In this document: positions 11,601-21,152 of the stretch, one piece after another
Layout of the letters: every line of letters starts with the position of its first letter
How positions within the stretch are numbered: the first letter of the stretch is position 1
Position numbers and translations under genes: made by a program
Notes under the pieces: generated by a model
What the model was told of the DNA's origin: nothing
What the model saw: the letters and a program-made list of their open reading frames with translations, nothing else
The model's database searches: none
DNA from: an uncultured Spirochaetota bacterium
GTDB taxonomy: Bacteria > Spirochaetota > UBA4802 > UBA5550
DNA length: 64,000 nucleotides
Assembly: GCA_963827275.1 (NCBI GenBank)
Contig: CAWHAA010000002.1
Span: 96,001-160,000 of the forward strand
Direction: 5' to 3'

Positions 11601-12205
11601 GATACGCGGTCCCAGTACTGGGGGAGGGTGAGCAGGTCTTTGTTGATGGCATCGCGGCATCCGCCCTCGCCGAATACGGCGCGATACAGGTGCTGCTGCG
11701 CGGCTTCCATGCCGGTATCGTACCGGCATGTTCCCTGTATCCAGCTCCTGACCATGTTCTCCCGGTACAGCTCGTATTCAATGAAATACCGTGACAGCCG
11801 CGACGACAGCTGCCATATCCTCCGGTCGTAGCCGGTTTTCCTGTCGCCTTCAGGCGTAAAAAGATATTCTGTTACCGGGCGCAGGGTCCTGTTGCCGGGA
11901 TCGAGTGTGCCAACGACATGGTGAAGCATCAGCTGGAGGTCCATCTGGTCCATCATGGCCGGTTTTGCCGTTCCACCGCTTATAGCATCCGCCATCTTCC
12001 ACAGGCCGTCATGTAAAAACATGAAATCAATGTTCATCGCGATGCCGCACTGGCCGGCAATGCGCAGCTGGAGCCATTTCTGCAGATAGGGGTTCGGTAC
12101 TATTACCGCGCAGGGGGTGAACCAATCTGCGCGGCCGGTTATTTCCCGGGCGAATGACGCCGCGAGCGTTTCAATATCGTTGCTGAAATGGAGGCGCGTG
12201 GGCAT
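8609..12205 (-). CDS. recC: Exodeoxyribonuclease V gamma subunit (RecC)
   Basis: 1198 aa with RecC-type segments HFSNDIETL, VIVPNPYLQKWL, NPCSEFW, NPLLKLWG, DIAIMVPDM, RYLFLETLLSAR; immediately upstream of recB. Confidence 0.92.
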   Translation of the reverse strand: MPTRLHFSNDIETLAASFAREITGRADWFTPCAVIVPNPYLQKWLQLRIAGQCGIAMNIDFMFLHDGLWKMADAISGGTAKPAMMDQMDLQLMLHHVVGTLDPGNRTLRPVTEYLFTPEGDRKTGYDRRIWQLSSRLSRYFIEYELYRENMVRSWIQGTCRYDTGMEAAQQHLYRAVFGEGGCRDAINKDLLTLPQYWDRVSSLPGAPLPGTLYLFAKSQLSPFHARMLYELGKRMDISLYQVNPCSEFWEDVTTPREDRWRRIRSIRIEENDNGERLSYDENENPLLKLWGKTGRETIKLLSLLEEAGSAEMNFQSDWLEPGQHAPHDTCLGAVREQILRRTTRTPSGHRLQQDTSIQIASCPEIFREAEAVYNSILGNLERDPGLAMTDIAIMVPDMAAYGPPLLSVFSREPRRLSFSMIDATAATDSLFGKGIRSILAIAAGSFTRSEIFGLAYNRCFLAAHSLDNEDTDAWLAWADALQVFHGFARSDDPDPQHNPYTWQQALQRMRLGRIMDASGAGDNDGTFPHFRNIVPYADMKSADQHCIDTFNRVIELLHARTENLRFLTARGDEWVRIIEGLISDFLAIPDDRQEEDAVRRKLLADLKKLGVTGPLPAPGPGALYSLAFITEFIMNSLAGIPSTHGSYLSTGINISALVPKRQVPFRIIYMMGMQEGVFPGVIDSSTLNLMRHSRMIGDVTRPDANRYLFLETLLSAREKIYITYVSKDLQKDKDYYPNSVVGQLITYLTAHVIQGDFLVPEVPPSGASDRYLSPGKAVPPRTDFIVSGEDSDFRPVNYSESDLLILFRNAARTAGSGDALPSDIKEIILQKIPDFTIPAAGTIDREETATLTVRDLANFLINPVESALRWHLGIYESDDEDRSIPEEEPFFTAYPHDYRFITDVLSYYVGSGANVDIRRYLRDYYDHAARMSITPDGAYRDIDYDAYLAVITQRLGPDSGLSEFIGSRKNRPLYRNVTFGANRARIKPDLAFPCLRFDHTYDTGVSLVELSGTAPFLWKDPDTGVSEALVITNSARPAITHIILPFLFYIAAVSGRDRDLAGLIGTGPFTIHVSHKGGITAYRYHCRAQEAEQYLSRLVADFIGTPSFDLLPLSVIAGARSAPSGEMKDRPDEAEMERYRDWLVRLIDDDTEKARPDYRPMSILQLLEPVVPADAYVKVRDRLGLLLAPFMEGGSTS

Positions 12206-12226
12206 GGTGAACTGTGCGACCCTCAG

Positions 12227-13060
12227 TTATTCCACCCGTTCCCTGCGGGGCAGGATGGCGTCAGGGTCGATTTCACCGACATTCTTGAAAATATAATCCG
12301 GCTGGTACGGGAAGCGCCTGGCCGTCTCCTTCGTGGTGATGCCCGAGAGCACGAGGCAGGTGGTCATGCCCGATTCGATCCCGGCGATGATGTCGGTGTC
12401 CATGCGGTCACCGACCATGAAGCAGCTCGCCGAGTGCACACCGAGCTTTTTCCGCGCCCAGTACATCATCGCGGGGTTCGGCTTGCCGAGAAAGTAGGGA
12501 GCGACGCCGGTCACTTTTTCAACCGGCGCGACCAGCGCTCCGCAGGCCGGCACCGGACCGCGCTCCGTGGGGCCGGTGATGTCCGGGTTCGTGGCAATGA
12601 ATTTGGCCCCCTCCTGTATCAGCAGGGTCGCTTCAATTATTTTAGCGTAATCATATTTTTCAGTCTCGCCCATGATGACATAGTCAGGGTTTTCCCTGGT
12701 GATGGTGATATTGGCTTTTTCGAGTTCATCCAGAAGACCCTTGCCTCCGATCACATACGCCGAGCATTTCGGTTTTTGATAAATGAGAAAGGCCGCAACC
12801 GCCATGGCCGAAGTGTAAAAATGATCATCGCCAACGTCAATGCCGAGGCTGCAGAGATTCCGGTTAAGCTGATGCGGCGTGTAATAGGAGTTGTTGGTGA
12901 GAAAAAGGAACTTGTGGTTGCCCCCGACCAGACGTTCGACAAAATGCTGCGCTCCCGGAATAAGGGACGTTCCCCTGTTGATAACGCCGTCCATATCAAC
13001 AAGAAACGCCTTATCGTAGCTCCTGTTTTCAGTCGCGTTGATAGAGTGAGAATGTGTCAT
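12227..13060 (-). CDS. HAD-IIA family hydrolase (NagD-like ribonucleotide monophosphatase)
   Basis: DMDGVI motif I, FLTNNS, ATNPD, GKPN, VGDRMDTDI. Confidence 0.9.
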   Translation of the reverse strand: MTHSHSINATENRSYDKAFLVDMDGVINRGTSLIPGAQHFVERLVGGNHKFLFLTNNSYYTPHQLNRNLCSLGIDVGDDHFYTSAMAVAAFLIYQKPKCSAYVIGGKGLLDELEKANITITRENPDYVIMGETEKYDYAKIIEATLLIQEGAKFIATNPDITGPTERGPVPACGALVAPVEKVTGVAPYFLGKPNPAMMYWARKKLGVHSASCFMVGDRMDTDIIAGIESGMTTCLVLSGITTKETARRFPYQPDYIFKNVGEIDPDAILPRRERVE

Positions 13061-13072
13061 CAGCGAACGCCT

Positions 13073-14674
13073 TTATAATTCATCGACGATCGATTTCATC
13101 GTCTCTCTTGCATCCTGAATATCTTCCTGGAGCTTGCGGAGCTTCCCCGCCTGTTTCGTATTCTTTATTTTTGAGTATTTTTCAATCAATGTCTTCATGG
13201 TGGCGGAGAGCGCGTCGATGTCCCTGTCAAGGTCGGGTTCCGGCTCGGCCGCGCGGTAGGCTGCCATCTCGCTCTTCATGGTACCAAGGTCGACGACTTC
13301 TCCCCATTCGGGGACGTATGCGGACACCCCCAGGGATGAATGAAGGGTTTCGGCGAATGTTTTTGCCGTTTCCTCCTCGCCGTGCACCACGAAGACCCTG
13401 AGCTTTGGATTTTTTATGTTGCTGACCCACGCCAGCAGCCCGTCACGGTCGGCATGGGCTGAGAACCCGCCGAGGGTATGGATCCTGGCCCTGACGGCAA
13501 CATCGGAGCCGTACACGCGCACCTGCTTTGCGCCGTCCACCAGGCGGCGTCCCAGCGTGCCTTCAGCCTGGAAGCCGACGAACACGATGCTCGATTCCGG
13601 GCGGTAGAGATTGTATTTCAGGTGGTGCTTGATCCTTCCCGCGGTGCACATGCCGCTGGCGGATATGATGATGGCCCCCCTGGCCTCGGTGTTGAGCCAC
13701 TTCGATTCCTCCGTCGACCTGGTGTAATGGAGGCCGGGGAACTCCAGCGGGCTGTCTCCGGAGAGGATACGTTTTTTCATTTCTTCATCGAAGAGGTCCT
13801 TGTTCTTCTTGAATATCTCGGTCGCCGAGATTGCCAGCGGCGAATCGATATATATCGGCATCAACGGGACCTCTTTTGATTTGTACAACTTCGAAAGGGT
13901 ATAGAGTATCTCCTGGGTCCGCTCTATGGCGAAGGCCGGTATCACGATATTACCCTTGCTGTTGTATGACTCGTTGATGATAGTTTTGAATTCAGCATAG
14001 GTGTTTTCCTTGCTCTTGTGCAGCCGGTCGCCGTAGGTTGATTCCATCAATAAAAAGTCAGCGTCTTCTACAATATCAGGGTCGCAGATGATGGCCTGGT
14101 CTTTGGGACCGATGTCGCCGGAAAACACTATTTTCGTCTTGCTGTTCCCCTGGTCAACCCACATCTCGATGAAGGCCGAGCCGAGTATGTGGCCCGCGTC
14201 CCTGAACCGGACCTCGACGCGGGGGTGGATCTGTATGATCTCGTCATATGCGACCGGGACAAAATTTTTAAGGCACGCGGTGGCGTCCTCCATGGTATAG
14301 AGCGGCGCAACCGGCGCGCGGCCCAGCTTCAGGTTTTTTTTATTCACGAACGCGGTATCCATCTCCTGGATGTGGGCGCTGTCGGGGAGCATGATTTCGC
14401 ACAGGTCCGCCGTGGCCTTGGTCGTGTAGATGTTCCCGTAGAAGCCGTTTTTCACGAGTTTCGGGACAAGGCCGCTGTGATCGATATGGGCGTGGGTCAG
14501 GAGCAGCGCGTCGATTTTTTTCGGCGCGTATTTCTGGTGGCTGAAATTCCTGTCACGTATCTGGGTCGTGCCCTGGAACATGCCGCAATCGACCATGATG
14601 GAAAAATCTGCGTCACTGACAAGAAATGACGAACCGGTAACTGTTTTCGCTGCGCCGAGAAATTCAATCTTCAT
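13073..14674 (-). CDS. MBL-fold beta-CASP metallo-hydrolase (RNA-processing nuclease family) with C-terminal coiled coil
   Basis: GAAKTVTGS, DCGMFQG, THAHIDHSG, AGHILGS, FSGDIG, ESTYG, SAHAD, VHGE motifs. Confidence 0.9.
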   Translation of the reverse strand: MKIEFLGAAKTVTGSSFLVSDADFSIMVDCGMFQGTTQIRDRNFSHQKYAPKKIDALLLTHAHIDHSGLVPKLVKNGFYGNIYTTKATADLCEIMLPDSAHIQEMDTAFVNKKNLKLGRAPVAPLYTMEDATACLKNFVPVAYDEIIQIHPRVEVRFRDAGHILGSAFIEMWVDQGNSKTKIVFSGDIGPKDQAIICDPDIVEDADFLLMESTYGDRLHKSKENTYAEFKTIINESYNSKGNIVIPAFAIERTQEILYTLSKLYKSKEVPLMPIYIDSPLAISATEIFKKNKDLFDEEMKKRILSGDSPLEFPGLHYTRSTEESKWLNTEARGAIIISASGMCTAGRIKHHLKYNLYRPESSIVFVGFQAEGTLGRRLVDGAKQVRVYGSDVAVRARIHTLGGFSAHADRDGLLAWVSNIKNPKLRVFVVHGEEETAKTFAETLHSSLGVSAYVPEWGEVVDLGTMKSEMAAYRAAEPEPDLDRDIDALSATMKTLIEKYSKIKNTKQAGKLRKLQEDIQDARETMKSIVDEL

Positions 14675-14840
14675 CGTTCACTCCGCTCTTCGGAAATACG
14701 GCCCATCGCGAGCCGTCACATAGCAACCGGACACAGTCTCCTACTATTATTAAATTATTCAAGCAATATGATTTTTTTTCAATAATTTTCCAGGATGACG
14801 CTTAAAAAGGGGGAATTACAGGGGAGTTTGAAAGAAAAAA

Positions 14841-15311
14841 TTATGAACGGGCGGATTGGCTCAGGGAGTGGCAGAGCGCCAGTGCCAGCGCATCGGCAGC
14901 ATCGTCAGGCGAGGGGAGCTCGCTCATTGAGAATATTGATTTTATCATGAATTTCATCTGTTCCTTGCCCGCGCGCCCGTACCCCGTTACGGCCTGCTTG
15001 ACCTGTGAGGGGGTGTATTCGCAGTAACTGAGATCATTGAGTTTCAGGGTGAGGATAATGGCGCCGATGGTCCGGGCGACATCGATGCCGCTGGTGAGGT
15101 TCTTCGTATAAAAAAATTTTTCTACGGCCGCGCATGAGGGCTTGTGGAGCGTTATAATGCCCGTAACCCTGGTGTGGATTTCGAGCAGCCGCTCGTCGAT
15201 CTTCAATTTGGAGCATGTTTCAATAACGCCGTAATCTATCAGCTTCTGCCTGCTGTCAACCACGGCCCATCCCAGTCTGCCATACCCGGGATCGATGCCG
15301 AGTATTTTCAC
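14841..15311 (-). CDS. ruvC: Holliday junction resolvase RuvC
   Basis: ILGIDPG, AAVEKFF, YTPSQVKQAVTGYGRAGKEQ, DDAADALA; GTGA overlap with the upstream yebC-family gene. Confidence 0.95.
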   Translation of the reverse strand: MKILGIDPGYGRLGWAVVDSRQKLIDYGVIETCSKLKIDERLLEIHTRVTGIITLHKPSCAAVEKFFYTKNLTSGIDVARTIGAIILTLKLNDLSYCEYTPSQVKQAVTGYGRAGKEQMKFMIKSIFSMSELPSPDDAADALALALCHSLSQSARS

Positions 15312-16063
15312 TGGGCCTCGCTGATCTTCAGCATGATGTCATCGGAAATGTCGTAGTTCGAATACACGTTCTGAACGTCATCGAGGTCTTCAAGTACTTC
15401 AATCAGTTTCATGCACTGGGCCCCCTTCTTTTCATCGAGTGATACGGAGGTCTGAGGGATGAATGATATCTCGTCCTCTACCAGCTTAAAGCCCTTGTTT
15501 ATCAGGACGTCGTGGACCTCATTGTATCCGTCTGGCGGGGTCAGGACCACGATAGTGCCGTCTTCTGTTTTAATGTCTTCTATGTTGTATTCCATGAGCA
15601 GCTCCATCACCGCGTCTTCGGTGGTCTGGCCCGCATCGATCACCATCATTCCCTTGCGGTCAAACAGGTATCCCACGCAGCCGGTTTCGCCAAGGTTGCC
15701 GTTGTGCTTGGTGAAGGCGGCCCTGACCTCGGCGGTGGTGCGGTTCCGGTTGTCGGTGAGGCAGCTCACCATGATGGCGACGCCGCCCGGGCCGTATCCT
15801 TCATACTGGATCTCTTCGTATGTTACCCCTTCAAGGGTACCTGTCCCCTTCTTAATCGCGCGTTCAATATTGTCATTCGGCATATTGTTCGCTTTTGCCT
15901 TGGAGATGGCGGTACGCAGCCTGGGGTTCGCATTGATGTCATCACCGCCGTTGCGTGCGGCAACGGTTATCTCGCGGATAATTTTCGTGAAAATCGCCCC
16001 CCGCTTTGCGTCAAGGGAGCCTTTTTTCCTTTTGATGGTTGCCCATTTTGAATGACCGGACAT
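15308..16063 (-). CDS. yebC: YebC/PmpR family protein
   Basis: MSGHSKWATIKRKK, NPRLR, YEGYGPGG, EDLDDVQNVYSN; conserved yebC-ruvC linkage. Confidence 0.95.
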   Translation of the reverse strand: MSGHSKWATIKRKKGSLDAKRGAIFTKIIREITVAARNGGDDINANPRLRTAISKAKANNMPNDNIERAIKKGTGTLEGVTYEEIQYEGYGPGGVAIMVSCLTDNRNRTTAEVRAAFTKHNGNLGETGCVGYLFDRKGMMVIDAGQTTEDAVMELLMEYNIEDIKTEDGTIVVLTPPDGYNEVHDVLINKGFKLVEDEISFIPQTSVSLDEKKGAQCMKLIEVLEDLDDVQNVYSNYDISDDIMLKISEAQ

Positions 16064-16167
16064 TGAGATACCTCTTTTTCGATGGTTGATCTTGAATTAC
16101 AGGATAATAAATTATAGAGGGATATGCATACAATAATGTATTGTCAAAAAATGATATTGGCAACCAT

Positions 16168-17511
16168 TTAATAGCCGCGTTTAATTTTCAACTCTAAATT
16201 AATTATTTTTTTTCGTGCCTGGTTGGCATTGTAATCAAAGGCTATTGCGTCCCGGTAATACTTGATCGCGTCATTCAGCTTTTCCATCCGTTCCAGCGAA
16301 TAGGCGATGTTCCAGCGTACTTTCCCGGCGTTGAGCTTGTTGTATTCGTTTTCAATCTGGCCGAGTTCCATTTCGAGCGTTCCCTTCTTATCCATGAGGT
16401 TCTCATATTCTTCGTACTGCTCGAAGTTTTCATTCCGCAGAAGGTTTGATTTCAGGTCCCTGGTCTGCAGGCTTATATCGGCGATCTCGGACCGCTTTTT
16501 TTTAACGGATTCGGCAATGGCGTCCTGGTACTTGATGGTTTCGGAATAGAACCGCACCGCGTTCTCGAATTCAAGCTCCTGCAGGGAGATGTCCGCCTTG
16601 TACTCGTAGGTCTTTGATATTTTCACTATCTCATTTTGCGGCAGGAGCGCCAGTGCCCGGTCCAGCGACCTGAGTGCAAGGGGGTGGTTCCCGGTGCGGT
16701 AGTACGCGATATGGCCGAGCGCGAACTGGATATGCCCGTCATCCGGTTTTTTTTCAAGATACCGGATGTAATATTTTTCGGTCTCGAGATACTTGCCTAT
16801 GTCCTCGTACAGGTTGCCGAGCATGAGGTTCAGTTCTGGCGCAACAGGCCCGTCCGCACCGTTGATGTACCGTTCCAGGTGGTAGATGGCCCGCTTCTTC
16901 ATGCCGGTGCGATACAGGGCCCGGCCCAGCTCGAGTGAATAGGAATAATTGTCCATGTTCAGCGAGCCTGCGGTTTCAAGATAGGTTATGTAGGCCTCGA
17001 AATAGTTCCCTTTTTTGAAGACCTGAGATATCTCATAGTAAATGATATCGTCCTTCTTTTCCTCAATTTTTTTATAGCGGAGCGACTGGATATAATGGTT
17101 CAGCGAATAATCATAATTTGATGTCTTGTAGTAGGTCAGCGAAGGGTTCTCATTCGATAATTTGAAATAGCAGCGCGCTGCGTGGAGGTGAAGAGAAGAG
17201 ACGGCGGGGTTTTCTTCGATAAAGAAGGGCTCCGCCTTCCGGTTTCTGAACAGCATCTTCAGATCGACCTCGCGCGCGGCGTCCTTCATGGTGATAAAGC
17301 CGGTCGGGATTCGCTTGTCTTCCACGCGGGTGATGTAAAATTCTTCCAGCCTCTTGTTGATCATGTCGAGGGCTTTCGCGTAATTGCCGCTGTTGTAGTG
17401 ATCAATGTATTCTTCGGAACCGGACTGTTGCGGTGCGGCCGGAGCGGCAATGAGAATGATAAGCAACAGAATGCCAGTAGACCAGCGGGATGTGCAATTT
17501 TGAATCTTCAT
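16168..17511 (-). CDS. Exported tetratricopeptide-repeat protein with coiled coil
   Basis: N-terminal signal-peptide-like segment; repeated TPR-like helices (LGRALY, LGNLYEDIG, LGHIAY, IAYSLE); heptad-rich C-terminal region. Confidence 0.7.
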   Translation of the reverse strand: MKIQNCTSRWSTGILLLIILIAAPAAPQQSGSEEYIDHYNSGNYAKALDMINKRLEEFYITRVEDKRIPTGFITMKDAAREVDLKMLFRNRKAEPFFIEENPAVSSLHLHAARCYFKLSNENPSLTYYKTSNYDYSLNHYIQSLRYKKIEEKKDDIIYYEISQVFKKGNYFEAYITYLETAGSLNMDNYSYSLELGRALYRTGMKKRAIYHLERYINGADGPVAPELNLMLGNLYEDIGKYLETEKYYIRYLEKKPDDGHIQFALGHIAYYRTGNHPLALRSLDRALALLPQNEIVKISKTYEYKADISLQELEFENAVRFYSETIKYQDAIAESVKKKRSEIADISLQTRDLKSNLLRNENFEQYEEYENLMDKKGTLEMELGQIENEYNKLNAGKVRWNIAYSLERMEKLNDAIKYYRDAIAFDYNANQARKKIINLELKIKRGY

Positions 17512-17609
17512 GGTTGATAACGGGGCACAGGTAGTACCATGGGTATTATATCGGCGTTTTTACCCCGATTTAGTAGCCTTTTTTATCCACGGGTATGGCG
17601 CTACCCGGG

Positions 17610-19827
17610 TCAGCTGATCCTGAGGATGATCATTGTTATATCGTCATGCTGGGGCAGCGTCCCGGTAAAGGACTCGATATCCTTCACGACCGCCTGCACC
17701 ATGTCCGCCGGGCGTTTCCCCGCGCTTGCGAGCAGGCATGTCTGGAAACGGCCGAGACCGTATTCATCCCGTTCCGCGTTCATCGCTTCGTCAACGCCAT
17801 CAGTGTACTGCACGAGATAGTCGCCCTTCTGAAGCTGGATCACCTTCACGTCCGTAAGCCTGGAGAACATGTCGCCCGGCGCCACGCCCAGCGCGATGCC
17901 GCCCGAGGGCAACTGGCGTATGGTACCGTCGCGGATAAGAAGGGGCTGGCAGTGGCCTGCGCTGGAATAGGTAAGCTTCAATGAATCGAGGGCAAGTATG
18001 CCGTAGAACATGGTGACGAAATAGTTGCTCGCCGTATTTTTTTTGAGATATTCGTTAATGGCCTCAAGTATTTTTTTCGTGCTGTTCGTTTTCGTGCAGT
18101 AGGTGTGGAGGAGGGTCCTCGTCATTGCCATGACGAGCCCGGAGCCGACGCCGTGACCGGAGACGTCAGCGATGGTGATGCCGAGCCGGCCCCCGCCAAG
18201 GTCGATGCAGTCATAGTAATCGCCGCCTGATTCTGTCTGGGCCGAATAATAGGCGCCGAACTCTATCCCCTTGATGTCGGGAAATGCTGCCGGCAGCAGG
18301 GCGGTCTGTATCTGCTGGGCGGTCAAAAGTTCCCTCTCCATCCTGATCTTGTCGATCTTCATCGCTTCCGCTTTTTTCAGGTTGGCGGTCATAACGTTGA
18401 ATATATCGGCCAGTCTGCCGATCTCGTCAGATCCGGCAATTGCTATCTTTTTTTCAAGGTTGCCCTTCCCGATTTCCACCGCGGCGTCAGCCAGCCTGGT
18501 GATCGACCTGATGATGAATGTCGGGAAGAGGAGGGCCAGGAAAATCGCCCTGATCAGTATCGAGACCATGATATTGATGATCTCGTTCTGGCTCCTGGTC
18601 ACTTCCGGAAAATAGTGCGCCCGGTTGAGGAACAGGCCCAGAATGCCGTCAAGGTCGTTCCTGAACGAGATGCGGGCAAGATCATCAAGCGGCAGCGCCG
18701 CCATGAGGGGCACCCTGCGTTTCTCCAGATATACGTAGCATTCCTGCCACGGATGCGCTCCCTCTTTCTTTGCCGGGGGGGATATTCCGTATTTTTTCCG
18801 GACTAGATCCCATAGCTCCTGAACGCGGCGCATGCGTATCGCTCCGTTCTCTGACCCGCTGTCGATCATCGAGTCAAAAGCGGCGCATGCCCTCTCCCTG
18901 TCCGATGACGGCAGCCTGCTGCCGCCGGACCTGGCCATGAGAAAGTTGAACAGTACCTGCCGGTACCGGCCGGCATCGACACCGACGAGATAGTCCACCT
19001 CCGCTCCCTGCAGTATGATCCTGCGTGTAAACAAAAGAGGAAGCTCTTTTTTCCTCTGCAGGTACTTCTGCAGCGTTGATTGCGACAGTGATTGGTTTTT
19101 GAACTCATTGTATTCATCGTACAGCGATGCGTTCCCGCGCAGGATCGGCATCCCCACGATCACATAATCCGGCTTGTTTTCAAACAGGTATCTGAATTCC
19201 TGGCGCACGTCTGAGGGAGACGCAAAACCGAGATAGGTGCCGGTATCGACGCGCTTCATGTAATGGTCGACGATTGTCGGCTCGAGCAGGGGATCATTCA
19301 TCCCGTTCTTTTGAAAAAACGGCTCGCCCGTCAGACGGTTGAAATACAGGTAGAGGGAGCGGTCTGTCCGCTGCCAGGACGGCACCAGCGCCGCCCTGGT
19401 TGGTATCAACCATGAAGGCGATGTCGAGCATCCTGTCCTTCGGATTTGCCTTCGACGTTTCCTTCCCGACCACTGAAGAGAAATAATGCGATATTTTTTT
19501 CATGGCATCAGCCTGCTGCTGCGACAGGAGGGTCCTGGCGCCCTTTGTCAGGGGTGCTCCCCCGGTGGCAAGAAGGGCATGCCTGCAGACAAGATACGTC
19601 TTTGCCTGGTCGGATATCCCGTCCAGAATGGTGGATCCGTTGCGCTGCATCGCATCGCGTATCTTTTTTTCATGCTGGTTGAGCAGGGCGGAGACGATGA
19701 GGACAGAGGAAAACACCACGGCAAGAATGATGATGAGCGAGAATTTAAAGCGTATGCCGAATAGTATTTTTCGTATTTTCAATGTCTGTGCGGCCATGGC
19801 ACGTTCCAGGATCCCCGCGGGGATCAA
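17610..19827 (-). CDS. Membrane-bound HAMP + SpoIIE/PP2C (RsbU-like) phosphatase, split by a frameshift near 19380-19405
   Basis: Upstream ORF 19294-19827 supplies TM1. Downstream ORF 17610-19409 supplies TM2, HAMP (SDEIGRLA) and PP2C motifs GGDYYD, IADVSGHG, YTDGVDE, DDIT. Confidence 0.8.
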
Positions 19828-20132
19828 TCGCCTGTTTTGGTACGGTCAAATCTGCTGATAAAAAAATTATAGAGGGAAGAAAAGGCAAAGCCGGCTATAA
19901 GGAAATCGAGGGCAGCGTAGACCGTGTTGATGACGATCCCGATGAGCCGGGCCACGGCGTCGCTGTCTATGTTTTCTATTATTGACAGCCCGCCGCTGGG
20001 ATGAATGGATTCAAAGATCCTCACCGCTTCGATGCCGAAACCGTTTATCGAGCACCAGATGAAGAGGATCAGGAGGGGTGTTGTCCCCACAATCAGGGCG
20101 GTAATGGAAAACCAGAGTATGTTCAGTTTCAT
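19824..20132 (-). CDS. Small membrane protein, hypothetical (102 aa)
   Basis: ATG start and two hydrophobic segments; its stop overlaps the start of the PP2C gene. Confidence 0.65.
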   Translation of the reverse strand: MKLNILWFSITALIVGTTPLLILFIWCSINGFGIEAVRIFESIHPSGGLSIIENIDSDAVARLIGIVINTVYAALDFLIAGFAFSSLYNFFISRFDRTKTGD

Positions 20133-20330
20133 GCTGTGCCTCGATTGTCCGTGATGTATGGACCGTCACCGCGTATGATCACGGGTTCCGCACCGCGAGT
20201 CAATAATAATATTGCGCGGCAGGATTTTTTGAGCATGCCGGCGGCGCCTGTTCACAGATAAATGATTGACGCATAAAAACTGTTTGAAATATATCGGCAA
20301 CTGTATCGTGATTGTATGACCGGGAGGACG

Positions 20331-21152
20331 ATGAAATCAAAACTGACGATCCTGCTGACAAATGATGACGGCCTTCACTCTGAAGGCATACATGCATTGT
20401 ATGCGGCGCTTTCGCGTGACCATGCGGTATACATGATCGCGCCCGACAGCGAGCGGAGCGCATGTTCCAATGCCATAACAGTGAGGTCGCCGCTTAAAAT
20501 CAAAAAAATAGAGGACACCAAGTTCTCGATCAGCGGGTTTCCCGCTGACTGCGTCATTGTCGGGTTGAGCGGCAACCTCATCCCGGACGTCGACCTGATT
20601 ATTTCCGGCATTAACCACGGCCCGAACGTGGGGGATGATCTCGTTTTTTCCGGGACCGTCGCCGGCGCCCGGACGGGCCATATCTTCGGGAAAGCCGCCA
20701 TTGCGGTCTCGATCAACGCGTACCACAGGGTGTCCCGCTACCTCAACGACGCGGCCGAATTCATGCGGGAGTTCGTCGCCGAGCTTGCCCCCGTCATCGC
20801 GGGCGTTTCACCGGCCGCTGATGCCGAGGGTCGCCTGCCGGTACCGTGGCCGTTTTTCAATATCAATTATCCCGATCTCCCGCTGACCGGCATCAGGGGG
20901 AGGAAATACACGCATGTCGGGCGGAGGATATACCGCGACTCCTTTCAGGAAGCGTTCCTTGATTCCGGGGAAGCGACGGTACAGATGGGCGGCTATATCG
21001 AATCCATATTTGACGAGGGCTCCGATACTACCGAGCTGGAAAACGGCTTCATATCGATTACGCCGCTGATGACTGACTCGACCGATTACGAATCGCTAAA
21101 AAAAATCCCAGGTGATATGCGATGTCTGAAACGCCCCTCCAGAACAAAATAG
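20331..21152 (+). CDS. surE: 5'/3'-nucleotidase SurE
   Basis: ILLTNDDG, APDSERS, GFPADCV, SGINHGPNVG, FSGTVAGA; GGAGG RBS before ATG 20331. Confidence 0.93.
   Translation: MKSKLTILLTNDDGLHSEGIHALYAALSRDHAVYMIAPDSERSACSNAITVRSPLKIKKIEDTKFSISGFPADCVIVGLSGNLIPDVDLIISGINHGPNVGDDLVFSGTVAGARTGHIFGKAAIAVSINAYHRVSRYLNDAAEFMREFVAELAPVIAGVSPAADAEGRLPVPWPFFNINYPDLPLTGIRGRKYTHVGRRIYRDSFQEAFLDSGEATVQMGGYIESIFDEGSDTTELENGFISITPLMTDSTDYESLKKIPGDMRCLKRPSRTK

Noticed and set aside
12188..13078. Long antisense or alternative-frame ORFs (e.g. 12188-13078 +, 35426-36379 +, 46956-47876 -, 52663-53502 -)
   Set aside because: They shadow well-supported genes on the opposite strand, show no recognisable motifs, and are expected from GC-rich codon usage.
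5115..15311. Helicase/nuclease cluster as an anti-phage defence island
   Set aside because: The genes are recognisable housekeeping recB, recC, ruvC and yebC with host-like composition; no mobility or defence genes flank them.
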